Notes under the pieces: generated by a model
What the model saw: the letters and a program-made list of their open reading frames with translations, nothing else
Told to the model about the DNA's origin: nothing
The model's database searches: none
Part shown: positions 1-9,924 of the stretch, one piece after another
Layout: each line of letters begins with the position of its first letter
Numbering within the stretch: the first letter of the stretch is position 1
Program-made: the position numbers and the translations under genes
IMG/VR virus record: IMGVR_UViG_3300033121_000376
Span: 8,728 to 72,727 of that record
Origin: a virus
Lineage: Duplodnaviria > Caudoviricetes
DNA length: 64,000 bases
Reading direction: 5' to 3' (one strand)

Positions 1-55
1 ACCACATACTGCACTTCAAAATCGAAACTTTGGTCATCAAGGCTATTTACTAAAT

Positions 56-343
56 TCATATGGCATCCTCTTTTCTTTTAAGGTATTTTAATCTCTGTGT
101 CTGGTATTCCTTCAAGATGGAAGCTGCCATTCTCTCGACACCATCCGATCCTCCGTCAAGAATGGATTGGTAAATCTTCTTTTCAAACCCTTTGCTCGTG
201 TTAATCAGGAACTTCAGCCTACTATTCCAATCACTGTTAGCGGCTTTAATAAGTCCTAAATCGACCATGTTACTGTTAACCCGACTTACCGTTTCACTAC
301 TTAATTTCGGTATAATTTCACTGAAATCTTTGTACCCAGGCAT
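56..343 (-). CDS. hypothetical protein
   Basis: 95-aa ORF co-oriented with the operon; no recognisable motif. Confidence 0.6.
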   Translation of the reverse strand: MPGYKDFSEIIPKLSSETVSRVNSNMVDLGLIKAANSDWNSRLKFLINTSKGFEKKIYQSILDGGSDGVERMAASILKEYQTQRLKYLKRKEDAI

Positions 344-357
344 AATTTACTCGTTAA

Positions 358-384
358 AAAACCCCGCTTTTACAAGCGAGGTTT
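358..384 (-). terminator. putative intrinsic terminator downstream of the HU gene
   Basis: hairpin aaacc-c-cgctt/aagcg-a-ggttt next to an A-run (U-tract on the minus strand). Confidence 0.45.
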
Positions 385-408
385 GATGGTTTCTAAAACA
401 GACAAAGT

Positions 409-693
409 TTAATCTTTAGCGCCAAACAGCTCATCTTTTAAAGACTTTGACACTGTAAACTTAACTTTTTCACCTGCCGGAATAGTGATTTTCTCACCGG
501 TTCTTGGGTTGTTACCCGATCGCTCTTTCGTAGCAACCAAGGAGAACGAACCGAACTGTTGTATTTCAACACGCTCTCCGTTTTTAAGAGCTGTAGCAAG
601 CGTGTCACGAAGTTTTCGCAGGAATAAATTAGTAGCGGCGTGTGTTTGACCGGTTCCAGCAGCGATTTCTCTAACTAATTGATCTTTTGTCAT
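409..693 (-). CDS. hup: HU family DNA-binding protein
   Basis: MTKDQLVREIA...GERVEIQQFGSFSL...RSGNNPRTGEKITIPA..VKFTVSKSLKD is the HU/IHF signature. Confidence 0.95.
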   Translation of the reverse strand: MTKDQLVREIAAGTGQTHAATNLFLRKLRDTLATALKNGERVEIQQFGSFSLVATKERSGNNPRTGEKITIPAGEKVKFTVSKSLKDELFGAKD

Positions 694-743
694 GTTAATT
701 TCCTCTCATTTTAAAAACGTTTATGGGTCAAAAGTACAAGTAT

Positions 744-772
744 ATTGTACGCCTGTAATTGGCTTCTGTCAA
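744..772 (-). promoter_or_regulatory. sigma70-type promoter for the HU gene
   Basis: minus strand TTGACA-gaagccaattacaggcg(17 nt)-TACAAT. Confidence 0.75.
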
Positions 773-1605
773 TAAAAAAACTCTGTAAGCTTGGGACAAT
801 CGACTGAAAAGCCAGCAGCGTTGCGATGTCCACCCCCACCGAAATGCTTGGCTATTTCGGAAACATCGTAGTCCCCAACGGATCTCAAAGAGAACTGCCA
901 AGATTTCGTCTTTCCGCTGAAAGTGAAGGTAGCACCGTAACTGCCGGATAGCTTACACAGAACCCCTCCCAACTCGCTGGCGTATTTAGCAGGCGCATTA
1001 CAGGCTAGACCTACAAAACCGTTAAGCGATATTTTCACAGGGTGTTTAGCAAAAACTTCTACCTCCTTATCAAAAATAACGTTGATTAATCCGCCTACGC
1101 GATTAAGTTCCTCTATCCCGGAATCTCCTTTGTCAACATATCTGGCAATCATGTCAACACCTTGATCGAGCATAGAGTACAGGGCTGCAGTAACATTCCT
1201 AGTCTCACGGAACTCAAACTTCCACAAGTCTCTATCTTGTATTATCGAGAGAAGCGTAGGCTTTTTAATCGAACCGTTGAAGTACTCCCACGCCATCACA
1301 GCGCCCGATTTCTGCATATCGAAATGTGCAAATGGGAGATCTTTTAAGTCGTCCTGCGCGGTTTTATGATGATCTAGAACAACTAGGAGTTTTGCCTGGG
1401 AGTGCATACGCAGCAATACCTCTCTCGGATATGAGAAGTCAACCACAAAGACTGTTTTACCAACCACATCCGGCGGATCTTCTTTGTAGTTGACAGGAAT
1501 TAGAACCGCTTCTAAACCCAGTCTTCTAGCATATTCAAGGGCTGAGTAGGCTGCTCCGAGGCCATCCAAACAGTTATCGTGGTATAAAACGTGAATTTTG
1601 TTCAT
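769..1605 (-). CDS. DHH/DHHA1 family phosphoesterase
   Basis: YHDNCLDG, FVVDFS, VLDHHKTA and C-terminal GGGGHRNAAGF motifs. Confidence 0.9.
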   Translation of the reverse strand: MNKIHVLYHDNCLDGLGAAYSALEYARRLGLEAVLIPVNYKEDPPDVVGKTVFVVDFSYPREVLLRMHSQAKLLVVLDHHKTAQDDLKDLPFAHFDMQKSGAVMAWEYFNGSIKKPTLLSIIQDRDLWKFEFRETRNVTAALYSMLDQGVDMIARYVDKGDSGIEELNRVGGLINVIFDKEVEVFAKHPVKISLNGFVGLACNAPAKYASELGGVLCKLSGSYGATFTFSGKTKSWQFSLRSVGDYDVSEIAKHFGGGGHRNAAGFSVDCPKLTEFFY

Positions 1606-1616
1606 GCGAGATCCTT

Positions 1617-3059
1617 TTAAATTAAACGTGCTAACCGCTCTTTTACAGCGTCCTCTACAGACACCTTGTTATCAATACAGTAGGCCAGAGACTCGTCGAT
1701 AGTGTCTTTGGCTATCAGCCGGTATATAAGAGTTGGGCGAGTGTACCCTGCCTGCGCCTGTCTAACATTTCCTATTCGGCCTATGGCCTGAGAAATGATT
1801 TCAGCGTTCCAATCTAAACTGTAGAAACAGATTATGTTCGTGGTATGTTGTAACCCATCAACCCCATGTCCCGCGCTTTGCGGGTGTATGAACAGCAAGG
1901 GTATCTTACCTTTAGCGAAATCCTTATAGGTGTTCGGTTTACCGTCGAAAAACCTACCTTTCGGGAAGTGCTTCTGTAGCACCTCCAAATCTGCTTTGAA
2001 CCAATAAGCGACGAGGATGGGTGTTCCGTTCGCGGCTTCGACCACACTCTCAAGAGCGATAATCTTTTCTTTGTGGATCTGTTCAAAATTTCTCTTATCG
2101 TCGAAATATACTGTTCCATTCGCTATCTGCCTGCACTTCATGAGTTTAGAAGAGTCGTGAAACACCTCTAAATCTCCGTTTTCGATCAGCTCCATGATAA
2201 ATTCACGTTCCATAGAGTCGTACTGCTCTTTTACGTGTTGTGGAAGCTCTACAGGTATGTCGATAACAGTTTCATCAGCCAAAGACATGTAGTCTTTCGC
2301 ACGTAGCGTAAACGTCACATCGGATATTTGACTGGTTATTTGCTCCTGAGCATACTCTTTAGGTACAGATTTATAGCTGTATCGGTTAACGTCAAACCAT
2401 CTGCCCTCAAAAGAACTGTACGAAGATCCTAATCTAACACCTCCATCTAGGAAGAAGAACTGTCCCCACAGATCGCCTAAGCTATTCTGGCAGGGTGTTC
2501 CTGTAAGCAGCCATACTTGCTTGACGTACCTGAATATAGGCTTAATTATCGCGCAAGCCCTAGACCCAGATGTGCGGTATAACGTTCTTTTCGAGACACC
2601 GTTAGCGTCCTTATTAACGCGGTAGTGACCCCTAAAACCCTTCAACCTCGTTGATTCATCGAAAACTACCGTTGTAAAAGGCCACTTGCCTAGTTTGTCA
2701 CATGTTTTTACAAGCCAGTCTAAGTTTTCGTAGTTGATAACTTTTATCTTACAGGGTGATTTTAAAGCACGAAGTCTTTGATCTTTGTCGCCGGTAACAC
2801 TTGCTATTCCAATATTTGCGAGGTGGGCCCACTTTTTCGCTTCATTGTTCCAAGTGGCCTTTGCCACGAACGCAGGAGCGACTATTAGAAAATCGCCCCC
2901 ATCATCGAGGTTGTTGTCTAGTAGGGTCTGTATCGCTGTTAAAACCATAACAGTCTTCCCAAGACCCATATCGACAAACAATGCGCACCGGCTATGCTTC
3001 AAAAGGAATTTGACGCCTTCGACCTGGAAAGGTCTAGGCGTGAACGTCTTTGGCGGCAT
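1617..3059 (-). CDS. SNF2-like superfamily 2 helicase
   Basis: Walker A DMGLGKT, DEST box, LLTGTP, SAGHGVDGLQ, QAIGRI. Confidence 0.9.
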   Translation of the reverse strand: MPPKTFTPRPFQVEGVKFLLKHSRCALFVDMGLGKTVMVLTAIQTLLDNNLDDGGDFLIVAPAFVAKATWNNEAKKWAHLANIGIASVTGDKDQRLRALKSPCKIKVINYENLDWLVKTCDKLGKWPFTTVVFDESTRLKGFRGHYRVNKDANGVSKRTLYRTSGSRACAIIKPIFRYVKQVWLLTGTPCQNSLGDLWGQFFFLDGGVRLGSSYSSFEGRWFDVNRYSYKSVPKEYAQEQITSQISDVTFTLRAKDYMSLADETVIDIPVELPQHVKEQYDSMEREFIMELIENGDLEVFHDSSKLMKCRQIANGTVYFDDKRNFEQIHKEKIIALESVVEAANGTPILVAYWFKADLEVLQKHFPKGRFFDGKPNTYKDFAKGKIPLLFIHPQSAGHGVDGLQHTTNIICFYSLDWNAEIISQAIGRIGNVRQAQAGYTRPTLIYRLIAKDTIDESLAYCIDNKVSVEDAVKERLARLI

Positions 3060-4003
3060 TAGATTACATCGTCCTCAATTTCAGAACTGAACAGTTGTTT
3101 GAGATCAGAAACAAGCTTTCCAATCCACACGATTTCTTCCGTGAGCCTAATCACATAGGGATCTGCATGATCATGAATTTCATCCGAAACTGGAGGAAAT
3201 CCTAGACTTTTCAGAGCCATACTGGGTCCAATCTTGACTGAGGTGCCGTCAACATCCAGCGCAATCTCAATGAAGTGCTGCCCTTTTGACATGGCATAGC
3301 CAATGGCTGTACCCATATCGCTCAATTCTAAATTTTTGATAGTAGTTGTGTTCCCTGAATCCTCACATTTTACGAAATGACCTGGGACAATATTTTCGAA
3401 CCGTCCTGTCGAATCTACGTCGAGATTCAGCACGTCACACCGGATAAAATCTCTGCAAACTTCATGGAATAGCTGATCCTCGGTGTACAAACCACGCATT
3501 CCGTGAAACGTTTGGGGTGCATTTTCTGACGCCATACTGAACAGCACACCGCATGCCGCCGCAATGTATCTGTTTGATGTGGAGTTAAGAACCAGCAAAC
3601 CTTTAGATGTGTCTACCACACACAAGATGTTCGTCTTTTTTATGAAAGCTTGGGGCAAGAGACTGTTGTAAACTTGTTCTTTCAATCTTGCACGTTCGGT
3701 TTTTTTAACTTTTCGATCCTCTTCAGTTTCTATTCGAGATACTTCTTTTGAAACTGCGTCGTTTAGAACGCTGTTGGGTAGCATACGTTCGTGAATAGCT
3801 ACTGTGAAGTAATACCCATTCGGAATTCTTCTGTAAAATATTCTCTCCCCATCAAGTTCTGACACGGGTAACAGCCCTTTAACACCTGCGCTGTTTGGAT
3901 ATTCTTCCAAGTTTTGAATGGCTAATTTTTTAGCCACGCTTTCGATCAACGTGGGTTGTGGAGGAGTAAGTTCGAAAACGGTTACGTTCTTTAAAATCTG
4001 CAT
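3059..4003 (-). CDS. rdgC: recombination-associated protein RdgC
   Basis: ERMLPNSVLNDAV...IETEEDRKVKKTERARLKEQVYNSLLPQAF matches the RdgC core. Confidence 0.85.
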   Translation of the reverse strand: MQILKNVTVFELTPPQPTLIESVAKKLAIQNLEEYPNSAGVKGLLPVSELDGERIFYRRIPNGYYFTVAIHERMLPNSVLNDAVSKEVSRIETEEDRKVKKTERARLKEQVYNSLLPQAFIKKTNILCVVDTSKGLLVLNSTSNRYIAAACGVLFSMASENAPQTFHGMRGLYTEDQLFHEVCRDFIRCDVLNLDVDSTGRFENIVPGHFVKCEDSGNTTTIKNLELSDMGTAIGYAMSKGQHFIEIALDVDGTSVKIGPSMALKSLGFPPVSDEIHDHADPYVIRLTEEIVWIGKLVSDLKQLFSSEIEDDVI

Positions 4004-4012
4004 AATTTTTCC

Positions 4013-4450
4013 TCAATAGTATGTAACTTCAACACCGGCCTCTTCAAACATAATGTTTGAGAGATCTCTTTCAGCGATCCATTGTTCGTTTATAGAATCG
4101 CCTTTCATTGTCGGGGCTATAACGCGCTTTATACCGGACTGAATAATAAGTTTTGCGCAGTTAGAACAAGGGTGTAACGCGGTGACAACGAGGGTTGACC
4201 CAAACAGTTTAGCCCCAACCCTGGCGGCTTGAGCAATAGCGTTTGCCTCTGCGTGGCTTATGAATTTCAACTTGGTAGACCTGTCAGTGAGTCTTGCATA
4301 ACTGTCCACAACCCCTCGCGGGAATCCGTTAAAACCAGTTGCTAAAACGGTGAAATCGTCGTCTATAACCACGGCACCGACTTTCGTAGACGGATCTTTG
4401 CTCATTTCCGATATAGCCTTCGCTATTTTTACGAATTTAATAATGTTCAT
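4013..4450 (-). CDS. dCMP deaminase
   Basis: SKDPSTKVGAV, GFNGFPRG, HAEANA, PCSNC zinc motifs. Confidence 0.92.
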   Translation of the reverse strand: MNIIKFVKIAKAISEMSKDPSTKVGAVVIDDDFTVLATGFNGFPRGVVDSYARLTDRSTKLKFISHAEANAIAQAARVGAKLFGSTLVVTALHPCSNCAKLIIQSGIKRVIAPTMKGDSINEQWIAERDLSNIMFEEAGVEVTYY

Positions 4451-4779
4451 ACAATCGACACCTCTGATATGAATAGATCAATCTTATTTTTTGTGTCCAG
4501 GCATTCAACGCGAAACCCTAATTTCTTCAATCGAGAAAATGCCCGTTCTTGCTCGGGTCGAAGTTTCTTTCCAGGACGTTTTGTCTCAACAAATATCGCC
4601 ACGCCACCTGATAGAAGGATTATTCGATCAGGTTCCGATCTTCTCGGCGTGTATTTGTGGATCTGCGAACCGGGAATCCGTCTTGAAATCTCGGTTCGCA
4701 GATATTTCTCGATTACAGATTCTCGTACCTTATACAAAGTCGTAAACCTTGGGTGTACAAAAGAATCCAGGAATTCCAC
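4447..4779 (-). CDS. VRR-NUC domain nuclease (true start probably near 4730)
   Basis: ESVIEKYL...PDRIIL...FVETKRPGKKLRPEQ PD-(D/E)xK motif typical of APSE-like modules. Confidence 0.85.
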   Translation of the reverse strand: MEFLDSFVHPRFTTLYKVRESVIEKYLRTEISRRIPGSQIHKYTPRRSEPDRIILLSGGVAIFVETKRPGKKLRPEQERAFSRLKKLGFRVECLDTKNKIDLFISEVSIV

Positions 4780-5236
4780 AACTTAAAAGCCTTTTTTTGT
4801 TGTAGTCTCCGATCGCTAAGAACACGCTTGGCGCACCCGCATTTCCTTTAGCACGATCCCCATTTGGTCTGTGAAACGTAAGCCTGCCTGCAGGGAAGAA
4901 CATAAGCCAGTCGTGTTTTATAACACGTTGGAACCAAGCGGTTTCAGTTCTTGCGAAAACTAGCGCGATTCCATCACCGTGTTCAGCAAGTTTGTGCAAC
5001 CACAACTCTGCTTCAGAACTGTAAGGAGGGTTGCACCACACCCTACCTTTCCACACAATGTTTAAACCGTTACCGTCAGATTCCGTAAAATGATTACGAG
5101 CTGTTGGCCAAGGTCTAGGATTAGGAGCTGCACACGGATCGAAATCAAAAGGTCCCAAAGTCTCAATAATGTTTTGAGGCGTCAGCCACACATTTGTTTC
5201 ACCCCTGTTCGGCCTCTCATGTTTTCCAATACTCAT
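4730..5236 (-). CDS. phage-type N6-adenine DNA methyltransferase
   Basis: WLTPQ, FDFDPCA, VWCNPPYS, ARTETAWF motifs of the phage Dam family. Confidence 0.88.
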   Translation of the reverse strand: MSIGKHERPNRGETNVWLTPQNIIETLGPFDFDPCAAPNPRPWPTARNHFTESDGNGLNIVWKGRVWCNPPYSSEAELWLHKLAEHGDGIALVFARTETAWFQRVIKHDWLMFFPAGRLTFHRPNGDRAKGNAGAPSVFLAIGDYNKKRLLSCGIPGFFCTPKVYDFV

Positions 5237-5803
5237 CTACGCTACTCTCAGTGAAGGGAGTTCTTGCATCGCTTTAACTCGAAGGTAAGTGTGAAAAGAC
5301 AACGGGATTTCCGTATCAGATTTAGAAACATACTCTGAAAATCGAGATTCCCATTTTTCTGTGTCTGAAAAACACTGGAATTCCTTGAAATACGCTGCAT
5401 CATCTCTACAGTACACAGGATCGTATATCTGCGTTACGAAAGCCACGTCGACCAAATCTCTATCGAGTGCCTCAGAATAGAGTCGAGATCCTCCACAAAC
5501 ATGAAGCCATTTTTTACCGAGAGAACGCGCTATTTCCACAGCCTCGTCGAGTGATCGCGCTATCCTGGTAGTATCGTCGCTAGCAATGTTAAGAGCACTC
5601 GTAAGCACGATGTTCAGTCTGCCTGGAAGCGGTCTGTAGTTTAACGATTTAAACGTGTTGAATCCGTAAACTACAGCTTCTCCGAATGTCAGGTGTTTAA
5701 ACCGTTTAAGATCGTAAGGTGCGTACCACGGGATTCCCCCGTTGCAACCAATCAACCCATTGACATCGTGCGCTACTACCAACGAAACATGCGGTCGTGT
5801 CAT
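5237..5803 (-). CDS. folA: dihydrofolate reductase
   Basis: IGCNGGIPW..P.DLKRFK, RPLPGRLNIVL, VCGGSRLY; adjacent to thyA. Confidence 0.93.
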   Translation of the reverse strand: MTRPHVSLVVAHDVNGLIGCNGGIPWYAPYDLKRFKHLTFGEAVVYGFNTFKSLNYRPLPGRLNIVLTSALNIASDDTTRIARSLDEAVEIARSLGKKWLHVCGGSRLYSEALDRDLVDVAFVTQIYDPVYCRDDAAYFKEFQCFSDTEKWESRFSEYVSKSDTEIPLSFHTYLRVKAMQELPSLRVA

Positions 5804-6654
5804 ATTGAAATCTCCCCTGTTAATGCCGGGTAAGGGTCGTACTCAGTGAGGTGGAAATCTTCGAATCTTAGCTTCTCAATGAAGTCCGATACGTCCCCTC
5901 TGAACACTGAACTTGGGTAAAACTGCAGTTTAGGGAGATCGCGAGGTGTTCTTGCCAGTTGATCGTGTATCTGGTTCAGGTGGTTCTCGTAGATGTGCGT
6001 ATCTCCAAAAATCATGTGAAGTTTGCCCGGTCTAGCCTCGCACAAGTACGACAGTATGTGCAACATTGCTGCGTATGAAGCAATGTTAAACGGCATGCCT
6101 AAAAATGAATCGACTGATCGCATCACAACCTGCATGCTTAATACCATTGCACCATCGGCATCCCTGCTAGCGTAACATTGAAACATGACGTGACATGGAG
6201 CTAACGCCATTTTTCCAAGTTGGACATTCCTTTGCGGGGAAAATCCCTCGTGCGGCAAGTCGCAGGGGTTCCAAGCAGACACGATATGCCGTCTACTACG
6301 AGGGTTTTTAAGAAGACCGTCTACTAGGTTTAATATCTGATCCTCGCCTCGAAAATTTCGCCACTGATGGCCGTAAATCGGTCCAAGATTGCCGTATGTG
6401 TCAGCCCACGCATCCCAAATGTGAACCCCTTTATCGACAAGACTTTGGATGTTTGTCTCTCCGCGTAGTATCCACAAGAGCTCTTCAATAACACCGCGAA
6501 AGAAGATTTTCTTAGTTGTCACCAACGGAAAGCCTTTGCTTAAATCGAACGTGAGATTTTTTCCGAACACAGAGATCGCATCTGTACCCGTTCTGTTCGG
6601 CATCATTTCACCATCTTGTACGATTTCGTATAGAAGTTGTAAGTAGTTCTTCAC
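5800..6654 (-). CDS. thyA: thymidylate synthase
   Basis: NRTGT, GFPLVTTKK, LGPIYGHQWR, LAPCH, RSVDSFLGMPFNIASY, HIYENH. Confidence 0.96.
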   Translation of the reverse strand: MKNYLQLLYEIVQDGEMMPNRTGTDAISVFGKNLTFDLSKGFPLVTTKKIFFRGVIEELLWILRGETNIQSLVDKGVHIWDAWADTYGNLGPIYGHQWRNFRGEDQILNLVDGLLKNPRSRRHIVSAWNPCDLPHEGFSPQRNVQLGKMALAPCHVMFQCYASRDADGAMVLSMQVVMRSVDSFLGMPFNIASYAAMLHILSYLCEARPGKLHMIFGDTHIYENHLNQIHDQLARTPRDLPKLQFYPSSVFRGDVSDFIEKLRFEDFHLTEYDPYPALTGEISI

Positions 6655-6657
6655 AGT

Positions 6658-7068
6658 TTAACCCTCGTTATCGGCGATTAGTTCACGCACTGTTTCACGA
6701 ATACCGTTTAACAATCTTTTAGATTTAGCATTGTTAACCCCAAGTTCCTGTGTCGTTTTGTATTCATTAATCAGATCAAGAAAAACACTTATGATTCGAA
6801 TATCTTCGATCTGTGCAGTGAAGGCGTCTCGAAAATGACGTGTGTCCTTTTCCACAACGCCGTGATGTAGCTGTTCTATAAGATCAACTTCGTGCAGTAT
6901 TTTCTGCAAGTCTTCTACCCTGTTGCCTTTGTTCCGCATGAGACGCTTCACGATGCACCCGTGCAAAAATGGCAGCCCTTCATGAACAATCACTTGAACA
7001 GGTTGTACCTTGTAACTCTTATAGTGTGATCCACCAACTTGAACGTCTAGCGCACTGGATTCTGTCAT
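6658..7068 (-). CDS. DUF3310-like phage protein
   Basis: QVGGSHYK...K...EDLQKILH pattern. Confidence 0.7.
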   Translation of the reverse strand: MTESSALDVQVGGSHYKSYKVQPVQVIVHEGLPFLHGCIVKRLMRNKGNRVEDLQKILHEVDLIEQLHHGVVEKDTRHFRDAFTAQIEDIRIISVFLDLINEYKTTQELGVNNAKSKRLLNGIRETVRELIADNEG

Positions 7069-7310
7069 GTTTTAACCTCGTAGTAGTTAACAGACGATAG
7101 TCTGCGTGTAGTTTCTAAAAAATCCCTAGTGTATTGCTCAAAATACACATCTGGAACGGATAATGGGATAGGAATTGCATCTTCTACCGGAAACTGGAAT
7201 CGTCTAAAAGTCCCATTTTCCTTCAATGAGATGTAGTATTTCACACCTTGTTTTCCATAATTTTTTGAGTACAACCTTGCAGCGCCGTACTGCTTTAATA
7301 TCTTCATCAA
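7065..7310 (-). CDS. hypothetical protein
   Basis: 81-aa ORF with ATGA-type overlaps on both sides. Confidence 0.6.
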   Translation of the reverse strand: MMKILKQYGAARLYSKNYGKQGVKYYISLKENGTFRRFQFPVEDAIPIPLSVPDVYFEQYTRDFLETTRRLSSVNYYEVKT

Positions 7311-7588
7311 TCGACACCATGTTTCAAAGTTAGTTTTCCAGCAGATGTTAGGGCTAATCGGTGCTCACCGTCATATCCAAAAGGCGTTAGTATTATCAGA
7401 CGAGCTTCGTGCAGTCTACGCAGTACTCTTTCAGCACTAAGCCTTCTTCCTTGCGGCATGCTCTGGCGTCTAAACTTCATGTCGGGGTACAACACCTTTC
7501 CAAAATCATCAAATCGAAACACTTCTGGCTCAAAGCTGACTGCAATTTGCAACGCTTTTAAATCAGTATCTGTCAGTTTCATGCTCAA
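7307..7588 (-). CDS. hypothetical protein (possible winged helix)
   Basis: 93-aa ORF translationally coupled to the polymerase gene. Confidence 0.6.
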   Translation of the reverse strand: MSMKLTDTDLKALQIAVSFEPEVFRFDDFGKVLYPDMKFRRQSMPQGRRLSAERVLRRLHEARLIILTPFGYDGEHRLALTSAGKLTLKHGVD

Positions 7589-9693
7589 TCCTCTTTATGG
7601 TATCGATATGTCTCAAAGCCTTTTGCAGCGAGGGGGAGTGACTTTGCCCAGGGCGGTTGAGTAGACATGCAAGCTTCTAATCCGCCAACAGTGTACTCCT
7701 CGGTATCTGGTACTTCACACACCAACTCGTCGTGAACAACCAGGATCGTTTTGTAACCTTCTCTATCTGCCAGTTTCTGCCCATATTTGAATATGTCTCG
7801 GCTTATAGCTTGAACTATATTTTCGGTTATTTTCGGACCCGTTGTTGGGATGTACTGCCATTTCTTAGTGAACTGATGTTCCCCCTGGAAAGATAACTTC
7901 CCGTGCTCATCCATCTGCATGCCTGGGTAGCAAAGCCTCCTTCCGCTTGGCATGTGAACGAATACCCAATTCTTGTATTTTTCCGCGCCAAAACCCTCAA
8001 CCCCGAATGGAAAAACCTCATGCGGCTTGCCGAATAACAGGGCTTGCCGAATAGCATCTTCAATATCAGACCACAGCTTGCAAGTAGCAGGATGTCCAGC
8101 TCTCCACAGTCTTTTCGTAGCATCAATAGCTGCAAAAGCAGTGCCTGATAACCCGTGCGTACTAAGGTTTTTGGAGACTGCCCAATCGTAAAAATTTTCC
8201 GCTTCCGCCATCACGTTTGAAGGGAGTACGCCAACCAGTTTGTCGGACAGAGCTTCCAAGTCGATTTTAAACGCTGTCGCGAAATTAACGAAAGCGCCAA
8301 CTCCACCACCGTACCCACAAGCCAGTTCCAACACTTTTCCTATCTGGCGCTGGTCTTTTGTGACCTTGTAAGGATCTACCTGAAACGATTTAGCATAGGA
8401 CATCATGTAGAGATCTGGAGATTTCGGATCGGCATCGCTCTCGCTATACGCCTGAACTTTCCAACCCTCTTCTGCAGCCCATGCCAACCCCCTCCCCTCG
8501 ATGGATGACAAATCGGCTATGACAAGCTTCATTCCTTCAGGCGCACAGATAGCGTATCGTAATGCGCTCGATGCTAAGTGCATTACATCGTAACCAATCT
8601 CAAACGCCATGTCGTGTTTGAGGGCTTTGATACCCATCATAACGTCTTTATATTTTAAAAGTCCTCTGCTCGGGAAGTTCTGAGGCTGTATCATCCGGCC
8701 AGCATCTCTAGCAGTGCGTTTAGCCCCGTTAAACTGTATGGCACCTCTAATACGATTGTCAGAACACGCGACAGCTCGCATTTTTTTAAACTTAGCGGTG
8801 CTGGATGTTGTCGAGGCACGTCTTAACACGAGCAACTCGCGTATTGCGGAATCCGTCTCTGGATCATCTATAATCTGCTCCACCGTTGCTTTACGCATAT
8901 TGTCTATATCAAGCCCGTGCGTCTTGATTAGGTAATCCATTAACGCATCTCGCTGTGTGGCAGCTTGTACTTCCCCATCGGTCAACTCAACAGTTGTTCT
9001 ATTAAGTTTAACTCTGGCGTCAGTTATGGCTCTTTGGGCAGCATCAACAAGCTCCATATCGATCGGCAACCCTCGGTCGTTCAAATCCTGATCGAGAAAC
9101 CAGTAATCTAGCTCTGGTCTATTAGGATAGTTAAACGCTGGCAACCTTGCATGTATCAAAGGCATGACTTCAGTATCTCTAAGGCAATACTCTTTGTACA
9201 GCTCCCATTCAGATCGGTGAGTCTTATATGTTCGCCATGTCAACTCACCAGTTTTAGCGTTTTTAGTCGGTTTGCAGAACATAAGCACCAACCTCTTACC
9301 ATCTTTAAGTTTTGCCCTATCCTCACCGATCTTTACTACTTGACCTAAAGCTTCCAGACTTCCAGGCAAACTGTGCGACATTGCCTGGATCATCATGCAG
9401 CGGAATCGCTGTACGGGAAGAACAACGCCTAGCGTATGAAGAAGAATTCTATCGAACTGCGCATTGTGAAACATAAAAATACAATCAGGGTTCTCAATGT
9501 GTTCTTTAAGATCTTTAGGCATTTGCTGCCCTTCTTCTGGAACCCACAACGCAGCTTTAGCGTCACCTTTCCGCATGTACGAGAACATCTGAACTCGTGT
9601 TGAGGGGTGTTCTGCATATTTGTATACACCAGCCGATTTCAAATCGCACTCAGATGCCGTTTCCAAATCTCCGTATACCAAATATTTCGACAC
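7585..9693 (-). CDS. polA: family A DNA polymerase (APSE-like phage type)
   Basis: exonuclease DLET and HNAQFD; polymerase motifs ADLSSIE, RQIGKVLELACGYG, VHDELV. Confidence 0.95.
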   Translation of the reverse strand: MSKYLVYGDLETASECDLKSAGVYKYAEHPSTRVQMFSYMRKGDAKAALWVPEEGQQMPKDLKEHIENPDCIFMFHNAQFDRILLHTLGVVLPVQRFRCMMIQAMSHSLPGSLEALGQVVKIGEDRAKLKDGKRLVLMFCKPTKNAKTGELTWRTYKTHRSEWELYKEYCLRDTEVMPLIHARLPAFNYPNRPELDYWFLDQDLNDRGLPIDMELVDAAQRAITDARVKLNRTTVELTDGEVQAATQRDALMDYLIKTHGLDIDNMRKATVEQIIDDPETDSAIRELLVLRRASTTSSTAKFKKMRAVACSDNRIRGAIQFNGAKRTARDAGRMIQPQNFPSRGLLKYKDVMMGIKALKHDMAFEIGYDVMHLASSALRYAICAPEGMKLVIADLSSIEGRGLAWAAEEGWKVQAYSESDADPKSPDLYMMSYAKSFQVDPYKVTKDQRQIGKVLELACGYGGGVGAFVNFATAFKIDLEALSDKLVGVLPSNVMAEAENFYDWAVSKNLSTHGLSGTAFAAIDATKRLWRAGHPATCKLWSDIEDAIRQALLFGKPHEVFPFGVEGFGAEKYKNWVFVHMPSGRRLCYPGMQMDEHGKLSFQGEHQFTKKWQYIPTTGPKITENIVQAISRDIFKYGQKLADREGYKTILVVHDELVCEVPDTEEYTVGGLEACMSTQPPWAKSLPLAAKGFETYRYHKED

Positions 9694-9696
9694 TGC

Positions 9697-9924
9697 TTAC
9701 TCCTGTTCGTTAAAAAATGCGCATAGTTCTTCCGCCTTAGCCTTAGCTTCTGCCTCCTGCTCAGGCGTAAGTCTTACCAGAGCAGGAGCTTCAGCGGGCC
9801 ACGTTAACCACCGTCCGAAGTGCCACATCGAACACCAATCATGTGCAGACTCGTCGAATACCGCAAACCACGCGACTACTTCACCGTCTACGATCACGGA
9901 CACTCCGTGTTGAATGGGGGTCAT
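9697..9924 (-). CDS. hypothetical protein
   Basis: 75-aa ORF in operon. Confidence 0.55.
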   Translation of the reverse strand: MTPIQHGVSVIVDGEVVAWFAVFDESAHDWCSMWHFGRWLTWPAEAPALVRLTPEQEAEAKAKAEELCAFFNEQE

